Below, one piece after another: positions 28,183 to 34,876 of a DNA stretch of 35,113 nt; positions within the stretch are counted from its first letter, which is position 1, and each line of letters opens with the position of its first letter. The notes beneath the pieces are model-generated. The model was not told the origin of the DNA. It searched no databases and saw only the letters and a list, made by a program, of their open reading frames with translations. The translations under genes were made by a program, and so were the position numbers. This DNA is from a virus (taxonomy: Duplodnaviria; Caudoviricetes), in IMG/VR virus record IMGVR_UViG_3300032318_001756, positions 1 to 35,113 of that record. One strand, given 5' to 3'.

Positions 28183-28302
28183 CCCAATGCCATAGCATGA
28201 GGGACTAATGTACGCAAGTGGCAGCGTCGCAGAGTGCGTGTGTATATATGGGTGGGAATGTCATGCGACATTTGTGGGTGGGAGTAGTGAAATAAAATGA
28301 TA

Positions 28303-28327
28303 TAACTCATTGATTCTGAGTGAGTTA
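28303..28327. promoter_or_regulatory. IHF-consensus site within an imperfect palindrome
   Basis: TAACTCATTGATTCTGAGTGAGTTA; the reverse complement of 28303-28315 is AATCAATGAGTTA = WATCAAnnnnTTR. Confidence 0.6.
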
Positions 28328-28435
28328 GAGAGGTGATGTGAACTCAATAGGTGATAAATAGTGTATTTACAACATAGAAAACAATGTCAATGTATGACAT
28401 ACATATAGCATTATATTACATAAAACAGGAAAACA

Positions 28436-28681
28436 ATGGAAGAGATTATTGTTAATGCAATTATTAATCAAGTGGTTATTAAAGAAAAATATGATAACTA
28501 CAGAGAAGCATTTAATGATATGGAACAACAGAATGTTGTGCACCTTGGATGGTTAAATGCAGGTATTAACGTACCAAAGCATTTAAAGTGTGAAAAGGTG
28601 TACAGTAATTGGTCAGGGTCTTCATGCCTATATTGTGATCCTATATACAGAATATCTTATTCTGTTGATATGGGAGATTGA
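28436..28681 (+). CDS. Hypothetical protein
   Basis: 81 aa, A-rich leader, followed by a terminator hairpin. Confidence 0.7.
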   Translation: MEEIIVNAIINQVVIKEKYDNYREAFNDMEQQNVVHLGWLNAGINVPKHLKCEKVYSNWSGSSCLYCDPIYRISYSVDMGD

Positions 28682-28690
28682 TGATATTAT

Positions 28691-28720
28691 AGAGAGCTCT
28701 ATAACAGGGCTCTCTTTTGT
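28691..28720 (+). terminator. Terminator-like hairpin overlapping P1 of twister 1
   Basis: AGAGAGCTCT-ATAAC-AGGGCTCTCT-TTTGT. Confidence 0.7.
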
Positions 28721-28932
28721 TAATGCGTCATTCCTGTTTCCCAAGGACAGGCAATTGTAATAGTAAACCTTCTCAGTAAACTGTATGTACACAGGTGCAC
28801 ATCTGATGTACACAGTGTGGGGTAATGCTATTCTCGTAATAGAAATACAAAACGGAGTTTATAACTCTAAACTGGGTTAGGAAGTGATTCCTTATAACCA
28901 ATTACTATTACAATTGAACGCAGAGGGGCAAA
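28716..28932 (+). ncRNA. Twister ribozyme (type P1) with ~135-nt structured insert in P5
   Basis: P1 UUUGU/GCAAA; U|AA at 28721-23; P2 UGCG/CGCA; UC available to pair with GG of the loop UCCCAAGG; P4 CCUGU/ACAGG; perfect 15-bp P5 28752-28766/28902-28916; conserved GAGGG at 28923-27. Confidence 0.85.
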
Positions 28933-28958
28933 TGTCCTCAGCATGACGTTAAACTGCT

Positions 28959-29265
28959 GAATTTCTAATGCACCATTCTCATGTGGATATGAAGACTTCT
29001 TAGAAAAACAAGCAGAAATGCCTCTGTAGGGAGATGTAAAATAACCGTTGAAGAAACGCCCCTAAGATGTGAAACCACCTGATTAACCAAGCCCTGAGCG
29101 TGAGTATATAACCGTTGGCACCTAGTTAATCAGCTCCCAAGGATGAGACAGTTGTAATGTGTAATGTATTAAGCCAAGTCATGCTTGTATTGAACATTGT
29201 GTTCCACATTAACAAGGTAATACCTTGAGTCTTTACCATTACAACTGAGTGCAGAGGGGAAATTT
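28959..29265 (+). ncRNA. Second twister-like ribozyme with inserts beside L4 and in P5
   Basis: P1 GAAUUUC/GAAAUUU; U|AA at 28966-68; P2 UGCA/UGCA; CC to pair with GG of UCCCAAGG (29135-42); P4 UCUCAU/AUGAGA; perfect 11-bp P5 29149-59/29237-47; GAGGG at 29254-58. Confidence 0.75.
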
Positions 29266-29270
29266 TCTTT

Positions 29271-29365
29271 ATGCATATTGTAACATCAGGGCTCTGTTTC
29301 CTGTCTATGAAGTTTTGCAGAATTGCAAAATGGAGAGAAAGCAATAAAATTGTTACAATGTGCAT
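29271..29365 (+). ncRNA. Unassigned structured RNA element
   Basis: 15-bp closing stem ATGCATATTGTAACA/TGTTACAATGTGCAT enclosing CAGG/CCTG and TTTTGCA-GAAT-TGCAAAA hairpins. Confidence 0.5.
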
Positions 29366-29373
29366 TTAGGAAT

Positions 29374-29413
29374 AGGCTACATATTAGGAGAAATTCTAAT
29401 GTGTAGCCTTTTT
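29374..29413 (+). terminator. Strong terminator closing the ncRNA locus
   Basis: AGGCTACATATTAGGA-GAAA-TTCTAATGTGTAGCCT followed by a T run. Confidence 0.85.
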
Positions 29414-29642
29414 ATTTTGTCATTTATTATTAACCATAAACCGAAAAACATGGAAGGCGTAATTAACCTTTTACTTAGTAGGATGGACTAATCCGTGAAG
29501 CGCAAGTATCTCCATTTGGACCTTTCAACGCGAATATCACCTCTATTGTTTCTTTTTTTGTCACCCTTTAAATAATTGTTTTATGCCATTAGGTATGGAA
29601 AGTGACATTTATGACTATATGTTCTAAATTAAAACCTATAAA

Positions 29643-29846
29643 ATGAAACACGTTCTGTTATTAGTGTCAATGTTATTAATGTCTTTTGTGTTCTTAATTC
29701 CTATTTGTGTGCTCATAAGTGTTGAGCAGCCTTTGACAGGAGCACAGAAGGGGCTTGTTGTCTGTCTAATGACAGCAGCAGGTATTGGGTCATATCTGTA
29801 TTATGTCATCTATAAGGCTTCTAAAAAGGGGCCTCAAAGCTTTTAA
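29643..29846 (+). CDS. Small two-TM membrane protein
   Basis: 67 aa, two hydrophobic segments, basic C-terminus. Confidence 0.7.
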   Translation: MKHVLLLVSMLLMSFVFLIPICVLISVEQPLTGAQKGLVVCLMTAAGIGSYLYYVIYKASKKGPQSF

Positions 29847-29855
29847 CCCCTTAAT

Positions 29856-29984
29856 ATGAAAACTAGAATTGTACTGTTCATTGCCATCTTATTGATGGCA
29901 GCCTCTTGCAGAACCAGTGGATATGGCTGCAAGGGCAGAGAGTCTTGGAATGGGATGGTTAAGAGAATTAATCGTCCCTATTAA
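29856..29984 (+). CDS. Small lipoprotein (42 aa; below the track cutoff)
   Basis: MKTRIVLFIAILLMAAS-CRTSGYGCKGRESWNGMVKRINRPY: basic N-terminus, hydrophobic core, lipobox Cys. Confidence 0.75.
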   Translation: MKTRIVLFIAILLMAASCRTSGYGCKGRESWNGMVKRINRPY

Positions 29985-29990
29985 TTCATC

Positions 29991-30027
29991 GGTGGGCATA
30001 CAATAATGTGTGTCCACCATTTTTTTT
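29991..30027 (+). terminator. Rho-independent terminator
   Basis: GGTGGGCATAC-AATAAT-GTGTGTCCACC-A-T8. Confidence 0.8.
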
Positions 30028-30049
30028 ATGTATAAAATAAAATAGAAAT

Positions 30050-30790
30050 ATGAGAATTATTACACATGATGGAATGTTCCATGCAGATGAGATTTTCGCT
30101 ATCGCTCTTCTGCATGAGGTAATTGAGAATTGTCCTGTTGAGAGAACAAGAAACATCTCAGCAGTGGACTATACAGACAATGATGTATGGATAGTGGATG
30201 TTGGTGGCATCTATGATCCAGAGAAGAATCTTTTTGATCACCACCATGACAAATCTCTGCATGCATCTTGTATATTAGTGCTTAATGAGTTGATGAATCG
30301 CAATCTCATTAGCATGCATTTGTATGAGGAGTTGTACAAAAACTTTCATACCATCTCCCAGATTGATTGTAATGGCTTTCTTGCTGTTAATGGTTTTCAG
30401 GTGAATAGCCTTGTAAAATCATTCAATAGCTTGCCTGATGGGTTTAATATTGCCCTTGAACTAGCTAAATGCTATATTAAGGCTGCAATTGACACTGTTA
30501 ACAAGATTGCAGAGAGTGAGGAGATATGGGAAAGAGGTGAGGACATTAGTAGATACATTAAGTTGTGTGATGCTTTCCCAATTCATTGGAAGAGATACAA
30601 TGATCACATGTTCCTCATCTATCCTAATAGTGGTAAGTGGAATCTCTTAAGCATTGACAGTGAGAATTTTCCTATTGTGTCTAATGAAGCACATGAATTC
30701 CTTCATAATGGGAAATTCATTGCTGTATATGCCAATAAGGAAGATGCCATTGCCTCTGCTCAATTGTCTGCAATGATAGTAGTGGGGTAA
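30050..30790 (+). CDS. MYG1-family (UPF0160, DHH-like) nuclease/phosphodiesterase
   Basis: ITHDGMFHADE, VERTR and VDVGGIYDPEKNLFDHHH signature motifs of MYG1. Confidence 0.85.
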   Translation: MRIITHDGMFHADEIFAIALLHEVIENCPVERTRNISAVDYTDNDVWIVDVGGIYDPEKNLFDHHHDKSLHASCILVLNELMNRNLISMHLYEELYKNFHTISQIDCNGFLAVNGFQVNSLVKSFNSLPDGFNIALELAKCYIKAAIDTVNKIAESEEIWERGEDISRYIKLCDAFPIHWKRYNDHMFLIYPNSGKWNLLSIDSENFPIVSNEAHEFLHNGKFIAVYANKEDAIASAQLSAMIVVG

Positions 30791-30868
30791 ACATATTTTC
30801 GGGTGGTTTAAGGAATGTGCTAGGCATCACATAAAACTGCCTACATTTTATTATTTAAACTAGAAAAC

Positions 30869-31129
30869 ATGGAAATTTTATGTTTGGTGTTATTTTTCAT
30901 TGTTGTAATGCTTGTTTTTCTGTTTATTAAGAGCAATACACACGTCCAAGATTGGAAAAATGTTTCTAAACTCCAAGATACATTAATTGGAGAACTGAAA
31001 GAAGAAACAAATCTTTATAAAAAACAGGTGGGTTTGTACAAAGAACTATGTAAAACAAATGATGTGTACATAAATGTACAGAAACAATACATTAACGAAC
31101 TATTAGAAATCTTAAAAACACAGAAATGA
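30869..31129 (+). CDS. Membrane-anchored coiled-coil protein
   Basis: 86 aa; N-terminal TM segment plus heptad-rich tail. Confidence 0.7.
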   Translation: MEILCLVLFFIVVMLVFLFIKSNTHVQDWKNVSKLQDTLIGELKEETNLYKKQVGLYKELCKTNDVYINVQKQYINELLEILKTQK

Positions 31130-31329
31130 AACATTTAATTGCAGCAATCTTCCTGTTTATTTCAGCATTTGCGTACATGTATTTAGGACTAATAAGCCTT
31201 GCACCCTCTGCTGTAAACTTGTCTCTTATATGCTTTGGCTTTTGTGTGCTTATGATGGCATGCATCTTTTTCATCACCTCATATAAAAATTATAAAAATG
31301 CAAAGAAACATCAAAATCGTGCTTTTTAG
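31126..31329 (+). CDS. Small two-TM membrane protein
   Basis: 67 aa, ATGA-coupled to the previous gene. Confidence 0.65.
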   Translation: MKHLIAAIFLFISAFAYMYLGLISLAPSAVNLSLICFGFCVLMMACIFFITSYKNYKNAKKHQNRAF

Positions 31330-31468
31330 AACTAAGAGGTTCATTGTAGGTAAAAGAGCACGTCCTCAATCCTTCACTCAAGGCTATCACACAGTGATGG
31401 CTTGTTCAAGAGATAGTTTTAATAACTGGTGTAAGACACTGAATGTCAGTGTTTTATATAAAAGATGA
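31298..31468 (+). CDS. Small basic hypothetical protein (56 aa; not in track)
   Basis: MQRNIKIVLFRTKRFIVGKRARPQSF...LYKR; A-rich leader; fills the gap between genes. Confidence 0.55.
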   Translation: MQRNIKIVLFRTKRFIVGKRARPQSFTQGYHTVMACSRDSFNNWCKTLNVSVLYKR

Positions 31469-31472
31469 AAAA

Positions 31473-31820
31473 ATGAAAAAGAAAGAGTTTATGTATGGTA
31501 TGACACCTGTCACCATCAAGATAGGTACATACAACAACAGAAGACCTAACATTCAACTTATTGATGCCATTGATGGTGTACCTTTCATGACAGCATCTCT
31601 CAATGTTCCATTATTGGATGTTGAAGGTGATTTAGTTCTTATTAAGGACTATTCAGAGAATACAGGTGTGTTAGATTGGCTTATTGAGAAGAATGTTGTT
31701 GTTCCCACAGGCTATTATTATGAATTGGCGTTTGACAGAGTGCCTATTTGTAACCTTCTCCCTGAAGAAGAATGGAGGGATGAAGAGCCTGATTGGGATA
31801 ATACTGAGAACATTGATTAA
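31473..31820 (+). CDS. DUF4313-like protein
   Basis: GTYNNRRPNIQL...GVPFMTASLNV...IKDYSENTGVLDWLIEKNVVVPTG pattern; likely start at 31473. Confidence 0.6.
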   Translation: MKKKEFMYGMTPVTIKIGTYNNRRPNIQLIDAIDGVPFMTASLNVPLLDVEGDLVLIKDYSENTGVLDWLIEKNVVVPTGYYYELAFDRVPICNLLPEEEWRDEEPDWDNTENID

Positions 31821-31824
31821 CCAT

Positions 31825-31858
31825 AGAGAGCCCTTAATATATTATTAGGGGCTCTTTT
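31825..31858 (+). terminator. Terminator
   Basis: AGAGAGCCCTTAAT...ATTAGGGGCTCTTTT hairpin. Confidence 0.7.
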
Positions 31859-31869
31859 AAATTTCAAAC

Positions 31870-32121
31870 ATGGAAAAAGAGAAGTTTATTGATTTGTATG
31901 GCTATTTTATGGTGGAGGTGAATGACTCTTTCCACAAATTAGGAGACTACAGGCTTGAATGTCCTAAAGATGTAGAAACAGCTCTTGCCTATCACCGTAA
32001 AGGCTATGTAATTGGATCCATATTCAAAGAAGAGGATAGAGAGGTGATAAAGTTGGACAATGATTGTGGTTTCCAGTATAATAAGATAGGGTTTGTTGTA
32101 TTAGATCACAAAAAACCGTAA
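31870..32121 (+). CDS. Hypothetical protein
   Basis: 83 aa, A-rich leader. Confidence 0.7.
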   Translation: MEKEKFIDLYGYFMVEVNDSFHKLGDYRLECPKDVETALAYHRKGYVIGSIFKEEDREVIKLDNDCGFQYNKIGFVVLDHKKP

Positions 32122-32124
32122 AAC

Positions 32125-32601
32125 ATGGAAAACGTATTTTGGATTCCTTTGCAATTAAGTTTTAGGTCTTACATTCCTAAAACAGGCTTGAGAACAGGAA
32201 TGATGTTTCTCAAGAATGTCAATGGAGAACCATTTGTATTCCTTCTTGAGAGAGTTCCTGCGGATCAAGAACAATGGATAAAGGATGTTGGCTATCCAAT
32301 AGAACCATATATTGTCAATGTTGATGAGCATACAGATGTTGAAGATGTGATTGTAGAACCTGACAATATTGGTTGGTTTGACGAAGGGGAATTCACTGAT
32401 GAATTGGTGGACATTGAATGTCGCCACCTAAATCGTATTCTTTCAGGATATGATGGTTTTGTAGAACTTGAGATGATGGATGAAGAAGGTAATGAAGAAA
32501 ACCTTGTTCCTGTCATTTATGAAGGCAAAGTGACCCTGCGTTATCCTGAATTTGAAGAGCATTCAAATGATTACACACCAAATGAAGAGTCTTTTTTATA
32601 A
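32125..32601 (+). CDS. Acidic hypothetical protein
   Basis: 158 aa, strongly D/E-rich. Confidence 0.75.
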   Translation: MENVFWIPLQLSFRSYIPKTGLRTGMMFLKNVNGEPFVFLLERVPADQEQWIKDVGYPIEPYIVNVDEHTDVEDVIVEPDNIGWFDEGEFTDELVDIECRHLNRILSGYDGFVELEMMDEEGNEENLVPVIYEGKVTLRYPEFEEHSNDYTPNEESFL

Positions 32602-32616
32602 TTTAAATCAACAATT

Positions 32617-32841
32617 ATGGCTAAACAGTGGTCAGCAAAAGAAGACATCATCATCTATGGACAGATGAAAGAAGGACGTAAGACATCTGATGTAGTAGAT
32701 GCAGCCTATCACAAACTGAGAAATAGGACAATGGTAGCAGTGATGAGCCGTGTTAACTTCCTTAAAAAGCAACGTAAAACACTGGTATTCACTGAATTTC
32801 GTCTTGAAATCAAGAAAGATAAGTTGATTATTCACATTTAA
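32617..32841 (+). CDS. Small Myb/HTH-like protein
   Basis: KQWSAKEDII...KLRNRTMVAVMSR resembles the Myb-like W(S/T)xxED...RT..AV..R pattern. Confidence 0.6.
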   Translation: MAKQWSAKEDIIIYGQMKEGRKTSDVVDAAYHKLRNRTMVAVMSRVNFLKKQRKTLVFTEFRLEIKKDKLIIHI

Positions 32842-32852
32842 AACCAAGAAAA

Positions 32853-33020
32853 ATGGCAACACTTGTCTATGGAGAGAGGTCTAGGAAGAAACTGACCTTA
32901 AATGTCAATGTATGGGTGAATGAGAAACCGAATTATTATCATAATTCGATTAAGCTCATTGACCACATTCTTCGGTTCAAGTCCAATCCTCTCAAGAAGA
33001 GAGTGAGGAAGGCTAATTAA
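32853..33020 (+). CDS. Small basic hypothetical protein (55 aa; not in track)
   Basis: MATLVYGERSRKKLTLNV...KKRVRKAN; A-rich leader; followed by a hairpin. Confidence 0.6.
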   Translation: MATLVYGERSRKKLTLNVNVWVNEKPNYYHNSIKLIDHILRFKSNPLKKRVRKAN

Positions 33021-33027
33021 TTAACAT

Positions 33028-33063
33028 GGGAGAGAGTGTAATGCTCTCTCCCTAATTTATTTA
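33028..33063 (+). terminator. Terminator-like hairpin
   Basis: GGGAGAGAG-TGTAATG-CTCTCTCCC then an AT-rich tail. Confidence 0.6.
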
Positions 33064-33065
33064 TT

Positions 33066-33485
33066 ATGTTCAAGGTAAAAAACAATATTGCAACAAGAGA
33101 ATTTCTCCAAAAGGCTTATCATTGTGAAGGTGTTACAAAGTATTATAGAAAGGTTATTAGAAGTATAATGAGAAATGATCCTTTTGCAGAAAGTTATCAC
33201 GTTGATGAAACCATCATTCTAGCTGCTTATAATGATGAAGACCATATTTGCGATGACTGGGCAGATAGAATAAAAGCACAATTCAGGATTGAAAAGGATG
33301 ACGAATTGTTTGAATTTGGTAAAGAGTTTAAACTCACCCATATGTCATTTCCTCTAATGATATCACATTGGCTGTTGGAACCTTATGATAAATACAAAGG
33401 TAAATGTTTGGTTTTGCAAAATAATTATGAACTCATAGTGGAAAAGGTAGGTAATTATACAATTCTCAAATTCAAAAAAAAGTGA
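33066..33485 (+). CDS. Hypothetical protein
   Basis: 139-aa ORF in a co-oriented block. Confidence 0.7.
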   Translation: MFKVKNNIATREFLQKAYHCEGVTKYYRKVIRSIMRNDPFAESYHVDETIILAAYNDEDHICDDWADRIKAQFRIEKDDELFEFGKEFKLTHMSFPLMISHWLLEPYDKYKGKCLVLQNNYELIVEKVGNYTILKFKKK

Positions 33486-33489
33486 TAAC

Positions 33490-34086
33490 ATGGCTGTAGA
33501 AATCTTCATTGAACCTGAACTTCAGGAATTGGAACAAGCAGAGGTGGCACAAGAATGGTTTGAAGTTGCCTCTCAATTAGGACTTAATGAGCAATTGAAG
33601 CATGCAGATAGGAGTGAAGAGAAGAAAGCTCCTCCATATATGCACATTGACCCTAAAACAGCGAAAATCATTAAAATGCTGTGTCCTGTGCAAATGGAAT
33701 ATAAGAAATACAGGGCTTCCACCATTCCTTTGGATGTGTTGAAAGAGATTCAGAAAGCAGAAACAAATGGCTGGTATTCAAGGATACACATTTGTTATGA
33801 TGACAAATCTCCTGATCCCTTTGTTATTGGATTTACACATTCAGAACATCGTTGGAGTGCTGACATTCATCTTATTGCTCGTTGGGGTGCAGAATTGTTA
33901 CCTTTTGAGCAATTGGAGGCTAAGGCTATTCAACGTATGCACAGTGATGTGAAACAAGCAGCAATTAGGCTGAAACATGAAGTTGAAATGATTCTTGAAG
34001 ATGTTGACGGCTTTGCTAATCAATTGTTAGGAGGTAAAGAGGCTTCTACTTTTGAATTTAAAGCTGAGGACATCAGTAAATGGTAA
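33490..34086 (+). CDS. Hypothetical protein
   Basis: 198 aa; PDPFVIG and HLIARWG motifs of a phage protein of unknown function. Confidence 0.8.
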   Translation: MAVEIFIEPELQELEQAEVAQEWFEVASQLGLNEQLKHADRSEEKKAPPYMHIDPKTAKIIKMLCPVQMEYKKYRASTIPLDVLKEIQKAETNGWYSRIHICYDDKSPDPFVIGFTHSEHRWSADIHLIARWGAELLPFEQLEAKAIQRMHSDVKQAAIRLKHEVEMILEDVDGFANQLLGGKEASTFEFKAEDISKW

Positions 34087-34166
34087 AATTCTTTTTGCAA
34101 ACGGTCCCCACTTATGTTTCTACATTGGGTGGTTTGTCTTAATTTTACTTCCTAAAATGGCTAATT

Positions 34167-34286
34167 ATGAAAATTATGTTGCTTGCATCAAATGTTGTAT
34201 ATATAGGCATATGTATTGCTTGTTTGGTTTCCATCTATCGTAATCATCTTGCTATCAAAGAATTACAGAAAAAACTTAAACAATGA
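34167..34286 (+). CDS. Small single-TM protein (39 aa; not in track)
   Basis: MKIMLLASNVVYIGICIACLVSIYRNHLAIKELQKKLKQ; ATGA overlap with the next gene. Confidence 0.55.
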   Translation: MKIMLLASNVVYIGICIACLVSIYRNHLAIKELQKKLKQ

Positions 34287-34486
34287 TATCAAAAGAAACA
34301 CTTGAATGTGTAGAGGTGGGTATTCTTACAGATGAACAATTGGATGAGGCTATTAAGCATTATTCAGAACTGGAAAAGAACCTTCAATGTCATGGAGCAA
34401 AATATGCATTAGTGTGGAGAGATGCTTTTCAGACATTGAACACACTTATTAGATATAAACAATCTAGAAAATGGAAAGAGAATTGA
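34283..34486 (+). CDS. Hypothetical protein
   Basis: 67 aa, coupled to its neighbours. Confidence 0.65.
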   Translation: MISKETLECVEVGILTDEQLDEAIKHYSELEKNLQCHGAKYALVWRDAFQTLNTLIRYKQSRKWKEN

Positions 34487-34674
34487 CCTATAAGGAGAGG
34501 TATGACATATGGTTTAGGAACAATTATGAAACAGGAATGGAGAAAAACTATGACATTGTTCCTGATTTCAACCATCCATATTATGAACCTACACCCATCA
34601 AAGAGACAATACACATTGATGATGAAGGAGATGTAACAAAAACTTATACATATCTCCTGACCACGATAGTTTAG
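34471..34674 (+). CDS. Hypothetical protein
   Basis: 67 aa, overlapping the previous stop. Confidence 0.6.
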   Translation: MERELTYKERYDIWFRNNYETGMEKNYDIVPDFNHPYYEPTPIKETIHIDDEGDVTKTYTYLLTTIV

Positions 34675-34701
34675 TATTAATAACAAAAAAAAACAAAACT
34701 T

Positions 34702-34869
34702 ATGAAGTATCAAGTAGAAAACTCAAAATTCAGGGTAGTATTTGAAACTAATTTAACACTTGAGGAAGCTCAAGACTTTATTGAGGAATCAGAAAAAAAA
34801 GAGCTTGAAGAGTTTCAAAAGAATAAAGAAGTTTTCAGAATTGTTCCAATGCCGGAGGAGGAAAAATAA
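34702..34869 (+). CDS. Small acidic hypothetical protein (55 aa; not in track)
   Basis: MKYQVENSKFRVVFETNLTLEEAQDFIEE...PMPEEEK; A-rich leader. Confidence 0.65.
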   Translation: MKYQVENSKFRVVFETNLTLEEAQDFIEESEKKELEEFQKNKEVFRIVPMPEEEK

Positions 34870-34876
34870 ATAGGTC

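Noticed and set aside
28983-29078. Hammerhead-like words (TGAAGA...GAAAC), also near 29305-29343
   Set aside because: There is no intact CUGANGA core or three-stem junction with an NUH site.
28628-29365. Minus-strand ORFs 28628-28813 and 29126-29365
   Set aside because: They are antisense to the local transcription direction and overlap the RNA structures; no coding signal.
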